Origin: Octopus vulgaris
Taxonomy: Eukaryota
Reading direction: 5' to 3'
DNA length: 64,000 nt
NCBI GenBank assembly: GCA_951406725.2
Contig: OX597834.1
Coordinates: 26,722,001-26,786,000 of the forward strand
Below the pieces are notes generated by a model. The model was not told where the DNA came from, did no database searches, and saw only the letters and a list, made by a program, of their open reading frames with translations. The translations under genes and the position numbers were made by a program. Positions 15,798 to 30,795 of this stretch are shown piece after piece; positions within the stretch are counted from its first letter, which is position 1, and the number at the start of each line of letters is the position of its first letter.

Positions 15798-16029
15798 CAT
15801 CATTGCTGTTGTTATATCTTTATAACGGACGAAGCAACTGGCTGCCAGCCAACCAGCCGGGCAGCCAGCTAGAAAGCCCCGGTCTGTCTGTCTGTCACTG
15901 CGGTTGAGCTGGCAGTGGCGGGGTTGGTGGTTGTGATAGTGGTGAGAAGGAGAGGTGAAAAAAGGGGGAGAGAAAAAAGAGAAGAAACTGAAGGAGGAAG
16001 AAGAGATGAAATATGATGTACGAGGGAGC

Positions 16030-16090
<61 letters not shown>

Positions 16091-16653
16091 GTGATGAATG
16101 ATAAATGATAGCATTCCTATGTGGTTTTGTATGTGTGTCGAAGATATTTTAGGTTCAAACCTGGTCGAATTAAATGCCAAACGAGGCCCCTAATTAGGGA
16201 GCACTGTGAGTGTGCATGTGTGTGTAATTGTGTGTGTGTGTGTGTGAGTGTGTGTGCGCATGTGGAAGGGTAAGCTCGGGTTGGTGTTCGTGAGGGTGAG
16301 AGATGGCCAAGCGAACAGTTAGTCCGATGAGGATAAAAAAATAAGGAAAAATAAAATGTAAAAAAAAAAATGTAGCATAAAATAATTAAAAATTGGGCAA
16401 TTATAACCTGACGAATGCAACTTCACTGTTCTCTCCCCACCCCTCTCTCTCTCTCTCTATATATATATATATGTAAAATGTATGCATGCATGTATATATA
16501 TATGTATGTGTGTATGCGCGCGCGTGTCTACGTGTGTCTGCGTTTCTGTGTGATTGTGTGCGTGTATGTTTACATGTACTTTTTACTTGTTGCAGTATAT
16601 ATACACCAATATATATATATATATTGGCGTATATATAAGTACATGTAAATATG

Positions 16654-16685
<32 letters not shown>

Positions 16686-16717
16686 TGTATAGTACACGTA
16701 AACATGTTTATATATAC

Positions 16718-16788
<71 letters not shown>

Positions 16789-17270
16789 TATATGTATATA
16801 AATACATACATACTTTATAAATCCAATATATGTGAAATCAATAGAAAAAAGTACTCCATCCCGTGAGAGATAAATATCAATTTAATACACATTACGAACG
16901 AGTTACTAATAGTTTCATGCTTTTACGATACTTTAAATTAACAGATTTATAAAACACGTCATGTATTTCCGAGCAATCTTTCCGGCTCTGTTTATGCGTT
17001 AGATGTATATTGCTGATTCTAAAAAATGCAGCTTATGCATGGCAGAAAAATGACATATTTTCTTCAGATCCAAGAATTCTATCCCAGTGCTTAATTCCAT
17101 ATCTGAAATTTTTAGCAGGTTTTGTTTTGTCGAACTGGAGGATACCACCCGCTCCAGATCGAATAACTTTCGCAGACTTTGGCATCTTCTGCACTAGCTG
17201 CAATTGAGGTTTCTGCAATTAGACAGGTTAGGGGGATCTTGATTTTCTTTCTTATTGTTCCACTTACTCT

Positions 17271-17317
<47 letters not shown>

Positions 17318-17504
17318 TAACAGTAGATAATAATAATAATAATAATACGATAATAATAATAATAATAATAGCCATGGCTGCTGGCAGTGATGTAGAGTGG
17401 CGACTTGCCGACCGGTTTCACTTCAAGATAGCAAATATCTCCATAGATCTGCCGGGAGAGTGGGGCACGGCACCCAGTGCTGTATATGTACTCCACGTTA
17501 CTCT

Positions 17505-17556
<52 letters not shown>

Positions 17557-17558
17557 TG

Positions 17559-17619
<61 letters not shown>

Positions 17620-17621
<2 letters not shown>

Positions 17622-17960
17622 CAGTACCGGCAGATGACAACGTGTCTCTAAAAGAAATGGAGAAACTCTCAAAATACAAAATGGAAATAATAACTAATGG
17701 AATGAAAACAGAAACAATTCCTATCATAGTAATAGGCATGATAAAAAAAATTCAGACAAATACATAACAAAAACACCAGGATACAAACACATATAACATA
17801 CAGAAAATTGCACTACTGGGCACTGCACACATCCTACGCAGAACACTTTCCATACAATAACCATCAGAGCATCACAACAAATCACAGCACATACCCAAGG
17901 CACACAGAGCTGCGCTCGGTAGTGAAGTGAAAGCACGCTATAAAAATAAAAATAAAACTA

Positions 17961-17965
<5 letters not shown>
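17620..17965 (+). mobile_element. 3' end of an R4/Dong-like (restriction-like endonuclease) non-LTR element in (TAA)n
   Basis: Fragments KEMEKLSKYK and IQKIALLGTAHILRRTL are typical of the R4/Dong C-terminus; (AAT)n on both sides. Confidence 0.7.
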
Positions 17966-18002
<37 letters not shown>

Positions 18003-18189
18003 TTTCTTCTTTCAAATTTGCTTCCATTTCTTGCCGAGTGTCTTGCCCTAGGAGTCGGGAAGACACCCGGCAAGAAATGGAAGCAAATTTGAAAGAAAAA
18101 AAGTAATAATAATAATAATAACAACAATAATAATAATAATGATGGTGATGATGATGATAACGTCAACAATAATAATGATTTCCTTTACA

Positions 18190-18281
<92 letters not shown>

Positions 18282-18297
18282 TAATAATAATAATAAT

Positions 18298-18628
18298 CTC
18301 TGATCACGAGCAGAAGTAGTGGGGCAGCATCATAGCCATGTGTTGAAAGGAATTCTTTGGGGTTTGGATAATTCACTTTTGGAAACATGGGTGCTTTGTT
18401 CAACATTCTTAAACAACCCTTATTCGGGGACCTTCTGAGCGGGATGCGATCCTCCACCTGCAAGGTCATGCACTGTTTATCTTGATATGAGATTACTTTG
18501 TCGCGCACGTATGGTTGTGATGCATGTGACTGGTGTACCCTTATCAGACAGGTAGTCATGATGGGTATACTGGGCTTCATATATTTTACCCCAGAGTCCC
18601 TTTGATGGCATGCATTGCTCTCTCACTC

Positions 18629-18707
<79 letters not shown>

Positions 18708-19095
18708 GGCTACAGTAAATATTTTGTTCAATACCACAGATTTGCTTGTCACTTGTTTGATCTTAACCAGTTGACCATGTCCCTTAGTGGCTGACGATAT
18801 GTGCATCTCTGATCACAAGCAGAAGTCGTGGGAGAGCATCATAACCATGTGTTGAGAGGAATTCTTTGGAGTTTGAATAATTCACCTCTGGAAACATGGG
18901 TGTTTTGTTTACCATCTAACTGGGTGCCATCTGTAAGAGCATGTGCTGTTTATCTTGATATGAGATCACCATGTCGTGCACATGTAGTTGTGATGCATGT
19001 GCCTAGTGTACCCTTATCAGACGGGTAGTCATGATGAGTATATTGGGATTCGTATAATTGTACCCCAGTGATGACAAGCACTGCTCTCTCACTCA
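18298..19095 (+). mobile_element. Two related truncated retroelement 3' ends, each ending gctctctcactc-(AAT)n
   Basis: 18298-18629 and 18710-19095 align with each other. Confidence 0.7.
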
Positions 19096-19107
19096 ATAAT
19101 AATAATG

Positions 19108-19224
<117 letters not shown>

Positions 19225-19667
19225 GTAATAATAATAATAATAAAAGAAAAATAATAATAAATGATAGCTGAAAAAGAGAGGCAAAGGGCAATGAATGATG
19301 ATGCTGAACGGAGAAGCTTAAGGATGAATGTAGACGAATAATGATTAAAGGTGAATTATAAAAGGTGAATGAGAATGAAAGTGAACAACATAAGCTGACT
19401 GACAAAATAAGTCGAATGATAAATGAGTGATGATTGATGCATGGGGAACAATGAATGACGTTGAATGATGACTCATGTATGAATATGATTGATGGAAAAA
19501 GAAGACTGTCATTCTACAGTGTCATTAAAACGCAGTAGATGACTTCATTGCGTTGCGGTCTTCCAAGGGTTATGTAAGTCTAAAAAACCAGCTGTCCTTT
19601 TCACAGGCAACAAGAAGGAAAAGAAAAGCAATTAGCAGTTGCCAAATCAAAAAAATAAACCGGTGAT

Positions 19668-19797
19668 ACCAACCACATGGTTCCGGGTTCAGTCCCACTG
19701 CGTGGTATCTTGGGCAAGTGTCTTCTACTATAGCCTCGGGCCAACCAAAGCCTTGTGAGTAGATTTGGTAGACGGAAACTGAAAGAAGCCCGTCGTA

Positions 19798-19857
<60 letters not shown>

Positions 19858-20075
19858 TGTGTCTGTTTGTGTGTCTGTGTTTGTCCCCCTAGCATTGCTT
19901 GACAACCGATGGTCGTGTGTTTATGTCCCCGTAACTTAGCGGTTCGGCAAAAGAGACCGATAAAAAAAGTACTGGGCTTACAAAAGAATAAGTCCCGGGG
20001 TCGAGTTGCTCGATTAAAGGCGGTGCTCCAGCATGGCCGCAGTCAAATGACTGAAACAAGTAAAAGAGAAAGAGA
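19668..20075 (+). mobile_element. SINE family A, 5'-truncated
   Basis: Similarity to the 6557 element. Confidence 0.85.
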
Positions 20076-20348
20076 AAATACCATAAAGCGTTTTCCGTGA
20101 CCTCACCGCCTTGCCACTTCACATCTCCACGGAAATTACTCAAAAGCATCTTACTTACCATAATAATTTATACTTTCCAGTGCACACACTTCGCTTTCTG
20201 GTTGGGCGAGTTCTTTCAGAATTGCTAATTCTCTATTCACAATTTCGGGTGTTAGACGGACATCTCTGGAAATGAAAGATTATACATACATATACATATA
20301 CATACACATACATACATACATGATATACATATGTATAGATATATGCAT

Positions 20349-20400
<52 letters not shown>

Positions 20401-20496
20401 TAATCCAAACAAGAAAGCACAAAAAAACACAACAACGCGAGGACGTGGAACAAGTATAGTATTATTGGACGCTCAGGAAAGAAGGAAAGAAGGAGG

Positions 20497-20531
20497 GTTT
20501 AACGTTTCGAGCGGAGCTCTTCGTCGGAAAC
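20497..20531 (-). ncRNA. Minimal type I hammerhead-like motif (CCGACGA core)
   Basis: gttt-CCGACGA-agagctccgctc-GAAAC-GTT-aaac; palindromic AACGTT stem III. Confidence 0.6.
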
Positions 20532-20597
20532 ATAGGAGAAGGAAAGATCCAGAGAAGGGAAGACAGAGGAAAAAAAATCGCCAACGATACACACGCG

Positions 20598-20661
<64 letters not shown>

Positions 20662-20988
20662 GCGTGTGTGTGTGTGTATGTCCGCGCACGTGTGTGTGTG
20701 TGTTCCTGTGTGTATGGATGTATTTATATATATGTATAGATATGTATGTATTTATGTATGTAGGTAAGTGTTATTTATATTGGCTTAATTTAACGAACGA
20801 GGTAAAGAGAACTTAATACTTAACGTAGAGTATATATATTCTTTTAAAACCCAGATTGCTGCAGAGGTGGATCAGAGGCCAAGAGTTTCGCGTCCTGCTT
20901 CCTGTCATATCCTGGGTTTTCAGTAGCAATAGCAATTTCAGCCAATAAACACTTTATCTATGTGTCTGCCTGTCTTTCTATCTATCAT

Positions 20989-21079
<91 letters not shown>

Positions 21080-21088
21080 GTGTGTCTG

Positions 21089-21241
<153 letters not shown>

Positions 21242-21424
21242 GCGCATACATCACTGTTCTAAACTAAGGTTCTCCTGTATCTCGACTTCAGCGCGAACGG
21301 AAACACATTTTCTGCCTTGAAACAGCACACCTACCCGGTCGAGACTTGCTTTACTTCGCTACATATGTCAACACAAATATTCACAGCCGCATATCAACAC
21401 ACATTGTACCCTTGTACCCCATCA

Positions 21425-21457
<33 letters not shown>

Positions 21458-21561
21458 TTACACATACATATATATATATATACATACACACACATATATA
21501 AATTTTGAATGAGATAAAAATCCAATGCTGTGAAAGATTTTAGAACATTTATAAATAGAAG

Positions 21562-21609
21562 GTCTTACGGCTGTTTCCGGGATATTTTATATATCCCTTC
21601 ATCGGAGAC
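21562..21609 (-). ncRNA. Type I hammerhead-like motif (CCGATGA core)
   Basis: gtct-CCGATGA-a-gggatat-ataaa-atatccc-g-GAAAC-agcc-GTA-agac. Confidence 0.65.
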
Positions 21610-21985
21610 AGTGTGAGAGTATGGTTAAGTAACAGTTATTTTAGATAAGATGTGAAATAGAGAGTGACGTGGAGGAATGAAAATAGACGTGAGATATGCA
21701 GGGATATTGCATCTGTAGATCCATTATTTAGGCAGAATGGTATACACATAAGATTCCAGTATCTTGTGAGTAAGTTCCAATAGTATTTAAAATTGGTCAT
21801 TCTAAGTATAGAATTTGTACACGGTGTTATTGAATCGATTGGTTTTAAATAAAACCCTCGATTCAACAACACCGTATTTTAAATAAAACCATCGATTTAT
21901 ATATATATATCGATTTATATATATATATATATGAGGGCAATCTGGTACCCTTCGTAGGATCCAGTGTCGAGTGAAGAACACGCCA

Positions 21986-22049
<64 letters not shown>

Positions 22050-22132
22050 GGTCCCGGGTTGAGTCGGGGTTAACCACAGTAAATAAGGTACTCAATACAT
22101 AGCAGAGTAAATTAATTTATTATATAGAAGGA

Positions 22133-22180
22133 GCTTCTACAGGACTAGAACTGTTTCATTCAAAGAAATCATCAGGAAGC
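22133..22180 (-). ncRNA. Type I hammerhead ribozyme, left arm of palindrome
   Basis: gcttc-CTGATGA-tttctttgaat-GAAA-cag-ttctagtc-ctg-TA-gaagc. Confidence 0.8.
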
Positions 22181-22325
22181 TAGTAGACAAGAGTTGTTTT
22201 GGCATTTATACATTTAGGCAGGTTTAAATGGGTGGTGGTGGGGGACTACCCCCAAAAAAGTCCCCCACCACAACCCATTTAAACCTGCCTAAATGTATAA
22301 ATGCCAAAACAACTCTTGTCTACTA

Positions 22326-22374
22326 GCTTCCTGATGATTTCTTTTGAATGAAACAGTTCTAGTCCTGTAGAAAC
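22326..22374 (+). ncRNA. Type I hammerhead ribozyme, right arm of palindrome
   Basis: Same motif on the plus strand with one stem I mismatch (gaaac). Confidence 0.75.
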
Positions 22375-22427
22375 TCCTTCTATATAATAAAATATATATA
22401 TATACATATATATATGTATATATACAT

Positions 22428-22483
<56 letters not shown>

Positions 22484-22578
22484 CATATATATATATATGT
22501 GTGCGTGTGTGTGTGCATGTATATATATATATATATAAACAGAAATAATGGGTTATATTTATTTATTTATTTATAATA

Positions 22579-22697
22579 GGCTTACAACTTTTTCAGATAT
22601 ACATTTGGGTGGGTTCATGGTTCAGTTTTATCAATCGATCGATTGAGCGATAGAAAATATTGGGAACAACCCTCACAGCGATATCTTTATCAGAGAC
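22579..22697 (-). ncRNA. Degenerate hammerhead-like motif with very long stem II
   Basis: CTGATAA-agatat...atatct-GAAA-aagttg-TA; imperfect stem I. Confidence 0.4.
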
Positions 22698-23129
22698 AAA
22701 ACTAATCAACTGCCAAAAAAAAAAGAAAAAAAAAAAAGGAGGCAATTGAGTGAGGATGGCATTTGTACCGAACTAGATCACCTCTTTCTAACCGTCAACT
22801 TTAAGCAATTGTTCTCTCTTACCTCGGGTGAATAGTATTGACACCCAGTATAGAAAATTGACGTCCTAATTTCTTCATTGTCAGTAGAAGGCTTTTGGCG
22901 CTTACTACTATATTTTTGGAAACTATGTGGGGGTAGGGGCAGTATTTGCAAATGTGCAAACCAAAAACCAACCATGGTATTGCTAATTATTTTAAACCTC
23001 AAGTATCTAATTAATTACTAGGAATTCATATAAGTACAAAACAATTAACAAAAATAGTTAGAACTAGTTATCGGGGATTATGAATGTATAAACTATAATA
23101 AGTAAAGCAACTGTAGGACTAACACTACA

Positions 23130-23543
23130 TACTCTTTTACTCTTTTACTTGTTTCAGTCATTTGACTGCGGCCATGCTGGAGCACCGCCTTTAGTCGAGC
23201 AAATCGACCTCGCGACTTATTCTTTGTAAGCTCAGTACTTATTCTATCGGTCTCTGTTGCCGAACCGCTAGTTGACGGGGACGTAAACACACCAGCATCG
23301 GTTGTCAAGCAATGCTAGGGGGACAAACACAGACACACAAATATATACACACATACATATATACATATATACATATATACGACAGGCTTCTTTCAGTTTC
23401 CGTCTACCAAGGCCACTCACAAGGCATTGGTCGGCCCGGGGCTATAGCAGAAGACACTTGCCCAACATGCCACGCAGAGGGACTGAACCCGGAACCATGT
23501 GGTTGGTAAGCAAGCTACTTACCACACAGCCACTCCTGCGCCT
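23130..23543 (-). mobile_element. Full-length SINE family A
   Basis: Reverse complement of the 6557 element. Confidence 0.9.
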
Positions 23544-23678
23544 TAAATGTAACCTTAAATTATAGGACTCGGTATCATTGGTACAGCTGCAATAGGAAGG
23601 CTAAGATATGGTTCTTAAATATGGTGGTAGAGTAAATTACACGAGTGCTAAGTGAAGAAGATAATAACAAATGCAAAT

Positions 23679-23900
23679 AAAACAGGAGCACTCAGAGAGT
23701 GCAAACCTCCACCAAGGCGACACCAGCATCCTCTCAGCGTTTAGCCGGAGATGATTTTTAAAATGAGAATATTTGAAATAAACTCGACTGCTCTGACAAA
23801 CGGGAATACTAAAAATGAACCCGATCGCTCTCAAAAATTAAGTAAAGAAACTGAAAAATGATCCAGTATCTTTATCCGGTACCTGATCGACTCCAATGGT
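23679..23900. mobile_element. Helentron/HINE-like non-autonomous fragment (tentative)
   Basis: Terminus aacaggagcactcagagagtgcaaacctccaccaagg resembles ends I recall for such elements. Confidence 0.35.
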
Positions 23901-24306
23901 AGTCATGGAATGTGAAGGTGGCTGTAGAGAATTTAGTAAAAGTAATAAATAGTTTATCCTTATCTAACAGAAGCCAAAGTTAACAGATTCACCATTCAAA
24001 ATAGTTACAGTCTTAAGGAAGATAATCGAGAAAGACTTGAAAGTTAACGTAAGAGATCATAGTTTCAGTTTCTAGACCGGGCGGTGCGTTGTGTTCTTGA
24101 GCAAGACACTTCATCTCATGTTGCTCTGCGATTCACATGGACACCCGACGCGTGGTACACCACGCACCTGTTCTGACAACGTCGATTTGATGGAGAGAGT
24201 GAACTAATGTGCGACATAAGCATTTCCATCACTATAAACAAATCATTTGCGCAGGTCGTTCGGCAAAAAAGCTGAACTCTCACACGTCGTTTTCGACTGG
24301 TGAGTC

Positions 24307-24366
<60 letters not shown>

Positions 24367-24705
24367 AAATATTAGGGAATAAATCCAAACTTACAGGGAA
24401 AAATCAGATTTAGGATTGAATCCAATTTTATAGTAAAATATTATATTATATTAAATTAGAGATAAAACCACTATTAGGCAAATCATACAATGAAAAACTT
24501 AAGCCAATACATAAGATTAATTAATTTATATTATTTAAATATATATCAAAATTATTAATTATTAATAATTTTAATAATTAATAATTAATAATTAATAATT
24601 AATAATTTTGATATATATTTAAATAATATAAATTAATTAATCTTATGTATTGGCTTAAGTTTTTCATTGTATGATTTGCCTAATAGTGGTTTTATCTCTA
24701 ATTTA

Positions 24706-24795
<90 letters not shown>

Positions 24796-25548
24796 ACGAG
24801 CAAAAAGTGTCCCCCCGTCCAATGGATGGTGCTGAGTTGTCAAACATTTAAACCAAATTTTCTCAAAACAACTTGTCCAACCGTCCCATAGCCCTCCCCT
24901 TTGAGAAATACTGAGTTAACCTAAATTTGAGTCGCCAGCAAAAGAAGAAATAAAGATAGACTTTTCTATCCTACAGAAAAACGATTTTATTCACACAAAT
25001 ATGCAACCGAAGAGTTTAAAGTACCAGTAAGTACATCGCAACAGCTAATGTACTTGCGCGTACAAATGCACATTCCCACAGCTTTATCGATCGCGTTCTC
25101 GCCTGGAATCGATTTTTGTAATTTTTTCAAGACTTATACATGCCCTGATACCGTCGGTATCTACATATCAAATTTGAACGCAATCGGATGGTGGATGCCC
25201 GATATCCTAGAAGACACACACAGACAGACAGACAGAACGGATTTTATATAACAGATAAGCTAGCACCGGTGAAACTTCGAAGTTACAGACAACAACTTTA
25301 ATGAATTACTAGATGATACAAATGTACGGAGTCTTTTATTTGCCCAGTGTTCGTTGCCTTATGTATTTAAAACATCTTTTGAGTGCGTGTGGGTGCGTGC
25401 TCATGTATGGGTGTGTATGTGCGTATATGTGAGTGTACACACCCTCCCACAAACACACAATTTCATTAGCAGAAACCCACCAACTCCTCTTACCAAATCT
25501 TCAAAGAACGGCCAGTATTTAGCATACCTTACCAAGCCTGTCTATCTA

Positions 25549-25813
<265 letters not shown>

Positions 25814-26367
25814 GCCTGTCTACTATTCCCCGCCCCCATCCATCTGCTTGTGTCTAACCCCCTCCGCTTCTCAAATCACGACCTCACGTCTTATGCAATG
25901 TTTAACCCGAAATGTGTTCTCAGTTTATTTGGTGCGAAGGTGTGAAGAAGGTATCCAAATAGACACACAAAATTAAGACCCCTTTCCCCACCTCACTCAC
26001 TCTTTCTCCCATTCTCTCTCTCTTTCTCCCATTCTCTCTCTCTTTCTCTCTCTCTCTTTCTCTGACCGACAATTTTTTTACAGATTTTACTGACTTTAGA
26101 GGTCGGTGTGCTACAGGTCTTCTTTCTAAATTACCAGAATTGAATACTCCTTCCTTCCTTCCTCCCTTCTTCCTTCCTTTCTTCCTTCCTTCCTCCCTTC
26201 CTTCCTTCCTTCCTTCCTTCCTCCCTTCCTTCCTTCCTTCATTCCTTCCTTCCTTCCAACTACTCACGATACTGGTTTCGCTAACCCAATACATAAACAC
26301 ACCACACTTTGCTACGCTTCTCACATTTACACACACACACATACGTTCGCACGCTCACGGTCACACA

Positions 26368-26439
<72 letters not shown>

Positions 26440-26849
26440 CACACGCACACACACATACACACACAAGCACGTGCACACAGGCACAAATAACTGCCTACAT
26501 AAGCACAAAAACATTCATACACGCACATAAGAAACACACCTGCACACAGGCACACAAGTCATCTGAAAAAATTGCAAATACACACGCAAAATACTTATAC
26601 GCACACATATACACATACATACAGACACACAGGGTCAGTTGGATAAAGACCACAACGCACCCCCAAAATCTCATTAATCCACTGCACACCATCTTAATTA
26701 AATACATCCTCAGTTGCTAAGACAGGTGATCATATACGTCTTTATGTTCACACTACGATGTTATGTCTACATATATGCATTCACACACACACACGCATAC
26801 ACATACATACGTATACATATACGTGTTAGCGGCGAGAATAGCCCTTGAC

Positions 26850-27752
26850 CATTTCTTTGAGGCGAAACATGAAAACACGAAGGGTGCTTTGTCTGAGCTA
26901 AGGCCCGTGCGCTAAAACACGAAAGCCGTCCGATGGGCTCGAACGGTAGAGACACGACATGGAAATAAAACGAAAATCAAGAATTTGACGGATCAGGACG
27001 GACCCGTGTTACACGGTTCTGAGCAGATGTGTACAGCTTTCCAGCAGCACTTTGTGCGGCTGTTTGGGGAGGGTGATAGGTCGACAGTGGATTCTACTTC
27101 GTGTACCTAGACGGCCTATCACGGCTCTTGATAACGGATGCGAAATTCTGCGAAGACCCGATTACAGCCACTGAAATACGGGAGGCGATGAGCGATTGCA
27201 CAATTCACAAATCGCCCGGTTTGGATCGTCTGCCCTACGAATTCTGTTTTCATGCCAGATTTGTTTGGTAGCTTCTTGGTAGATGTCTACAGTAATTGGC
27301 AGCAGAACGGGAGAATACCTAGTGCTGTTAGCCAGAATGTAATAACACTGCTGAGAAAGGACGCAGACAATGAGGATGTGCTAGGGAATTTTCGGTCCAC
27401 AACTCTGCTAAACACCGAGTTTAAGATTTTGGTCTAGGTTTTAGCGAAAGGGTTGGCGCCTGTCGTTGGTAGTCTGGTCGGGGAGGCAAAAACGTGTTCA
27501 ATCCCGAGCAGGTCTATCCAAGACAACCTCCACCTTATGCGAAACATTGTAGAGAAGGCTGGGACTAAAGCTGGCTTCGGTGGGGCCCTGATCAATTTAG
27601 ATCAGTCGAAAGCTTTCGATAGAGTTGACCATTGCTACTCGGAAGCTGTCCTTAAAGCGGCCGGTTTCGGATCCATTTCAGAAGTTGGATTGATGTAATC
27701 CACAGCGGCACTTGCTCGGTTGTCAAAGTAAATGACCTTCTTTCGGAACCGT
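26850..27752 (+). pseudogene. Decayed Tx1/L1-clade reverse transcriptase fragment
   Basis: KSPGLDRLPYEF, ITLLRK...NFRSTTLLNTEFKIL, RSIQDNLHLMR, LINLDQSKAFDRVDH, with stops and frameshifts. Confidence 0.85.
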
Positions 27753-27754
27753 TG

Positions 27755-28420
27755 TATCTACAAGAACTCTATCTGTCTTGCTTACAAAGTCTCACAAAAA
27801 TTTCACAGTCTGATTTTCTAGAACGTCTCTGGTTTGTGTGTTCATGCCATTTCTCAGTGGTTGGAAATCCAAATTTCTTATATAAAGACCAGTGAAGGTG
27901 TAAGCACACTTCATCGTGACGCTTTTTATACTCTCTCAGCACAAGCATGTCACAGGCACTCACTATGTGTGTCACACTTTCCACCTTCTTCCCATATAAT
28001 CTACACTTATTTGTTTCATTAGTGTTTTCCAACTTCCTCATCGAGTTAGTTTATAAGTGCTTGATCTTGAGCTGCTACCAACAAACTTGCCGTGTCTCTC
28101 TTAAGACCACCGTTGGTCAATTAATTCCACAAAGAATCTGCTGTTACTTCCTTCGTTTGACTATCGAACTGACCACGTAATTTCATACCCACCCGCGAGC
28201 CCAATTTCTCGGCCAGAAGTCCACGTTTGTAATTTCCCTTACTTTCATTAGTTGCAATGCGTAAACCACCGCTTTCGGCAACATACCTCAAAAGTTCTCT
28301 ACAACTGGGGAAGTAGTGGAGGTGGCCTCGAGCCAAGTGATACACATTTAAGAGCTTGCATTCACTAGCCACCGAGTCTTTCACACTTATTGGTCATCGT
28401 TCTTCCACGTTCCACGTATA
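27755..28420 (-). pseudogene. Decayed R4/NeSL-like non-LTR fragment (zinc-knuckle region)
   Basis: KCRL.GKKVESVTHIVSAC..L..REYKKRHDEV..HLHW and an upstream GGL motif. Confidence 0.8.
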
Positions 28421-28512
28421 TAGCCCTATAATATTTGCCTTTGGGTCCACTGCACCACTGCCAAACATTTTTTCGTGTTAACCTGTTCAACTTCTTTATT
28501 CCTTTTTGGTCC

Positions 28513-28577
<65 letters not shown>

Positions 28578-28834
28578 GTATCACCATCAATACGTCGCCT
28601 TTGGTCGATGAGAATTCTGTAGGATAGTATTGGACATCAAGCCATTTTACAACGAAGCACAATTTCTAAAGATACCTGTAGCCTTCAGCTAATATACTTA
28701 ACATTTCAACGAAGAATTCTAATAGAGGAAGCACCACTCTAAGAATAAAAAATCAAAAATATTAATAATAAATTATAACAATAATGATGATAATGATGAT
28801 AATGATGATGATAGTAATAATAATAATATTAGTA

Positions 28835-28884
<50 letters not shown>

Positions 28885-29028
28885 GACAAAATATTATTTC
28901 GAGTGCATTGCGATAGCTATTTATACCTCTACAACCGTTATTTTTGAACGTATTATTTTTACTACAACACTTATACATATATCTGTGTGTGTGTGTGTGT
29001 ATTTTATATATATATATATATATATGTT

Positions 29029-29312
29029 AGGCGCAGGAGTGGCTGTGTGGTAAGTAGTTTGCTTGCCAACCACATGGTCCCGGGTTCAGTCCCACTGTGT
29101 GGCACTTTGGGCAAGTGTCTTCTACTATAGCCTCGGGGCGACCAAAACCCTGTGACTGGATTAGGTAGACGGAAACTGGAAGAAGCCTGTCGTAATGTTT
29201 GTGTGTGTCCCCCAACATCGCTTGACAACCGATGCTGGTTTACGTCCCTGTAACTTAGCGGTTCAGCAAAAGACACCGATAGAATAAATACTAGGTTTAC
29301 AAAGAATAAGTA
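29029..29312 (+). mobile_element. SINE family A, 3'-truncated
   Basis: Similarity to the 6557 element. Confidence 0.85.
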
Positions 29313-29674
29313 TTCACCTGTTCGATAAACGAAACTACCTGTTTCCTGAATTAAGATGTATGTGGCTGAATATTCCGAAGACACGTTTACCAACAGGAAT
29401 TAGAGTAATACATTGTATTAAGGTTGTATCTTTTGAACAACAGGTACAAATCGTCCTGATGGACTTCTCTACAGTCTCCACCTACTCATTTTCACTCACA
29501 TAGTACGAATCCAGCTTAGACGAGAAAAAATGACCACTCGCTAAAAATTCCCCACAGTGGAGTCGAACCCGAGACCTTATGGCTGCAAAGCGCACTTTTT
29601 AACTATAACGCCAAACTACACCTACAACAGTATGGCCTGAAAATTAAAAAGCCCATGGACGTTAAATGATGATG

Positions 29675-29705
<31 letters not shown>

Positions 29706-29735
29706 TGTATGTATGTATGTATGTATGTATGTATG

Positions 29736-29817
<82 letters not shown>

Positions 29818-29823
29818 CATACA

Positions 29824-29874
<51 letters not shown>

Positions 29875-30216
29875 AATATATATATACACACGTACAGTGA
29901 GAAATGAGTACTCATCACCGCATTATGGAATGAAAAAATATATAACAAATATATATTTAATACATATATATGTACCAACATAAATTGTCAGGGAAATTAC
30001 ATTCACGCAAACATGCATGTCTGTTACATTCAAACATACATACATACATACATACATACATACATACATACATACATACATACATACATACGTACGTACG
30101 TACATACATACATACATACATACATACATACATACATACATACATACATACATACATTCATACATACATACATACATACATACATACATTCATACATACA
30201 TACATACATACATACA

Positions 30217-30248
<32 letters not shown>

Positions 30249-30563
30249 CACAACCATGTGACTACATGCACAAATAATATGCGTATATATATGTGTATGA
30301 ATATATGTATATCTCTATATCTATATTTCTGTCTCTTTCTCTGAATGTAAACATACACACTCACACGCCTCCATAAATATGTATGTAACATTGGTTATAA
30401 ACATTGAGTCTAGCATATCTATACATTCATTTGTGTAAAAACACTTGTCGATACATACATACATACATTCATATGAATATATATACATATATATATACAT
30501 ATATATATACATATATATATACATATACATGTTTATATATGTTTATATATACACATATATGTT

Positions 30564-30596
<33 letters not shown>

Positions 30597-30622
30597 GTGC
30601 ATATCAATGTATTTGTGAAAAA

Positions 30623-30660
<38 letters not shown>

Positions 30661-30739
30661 AATAGTAAAAACCAACTTTCTTATCTATATATATATATAT
30701 ATATATATCTATATATGTGAATGTATATATTAAAATACA

Positions 30740-30795
<56 letters not shown>

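Noticed and set aside
16900-16990. Hammerhead remnant (GAAAC-tatta-GTA on the minus strand)
   Set aside because: 5' core too degenerate to support a call
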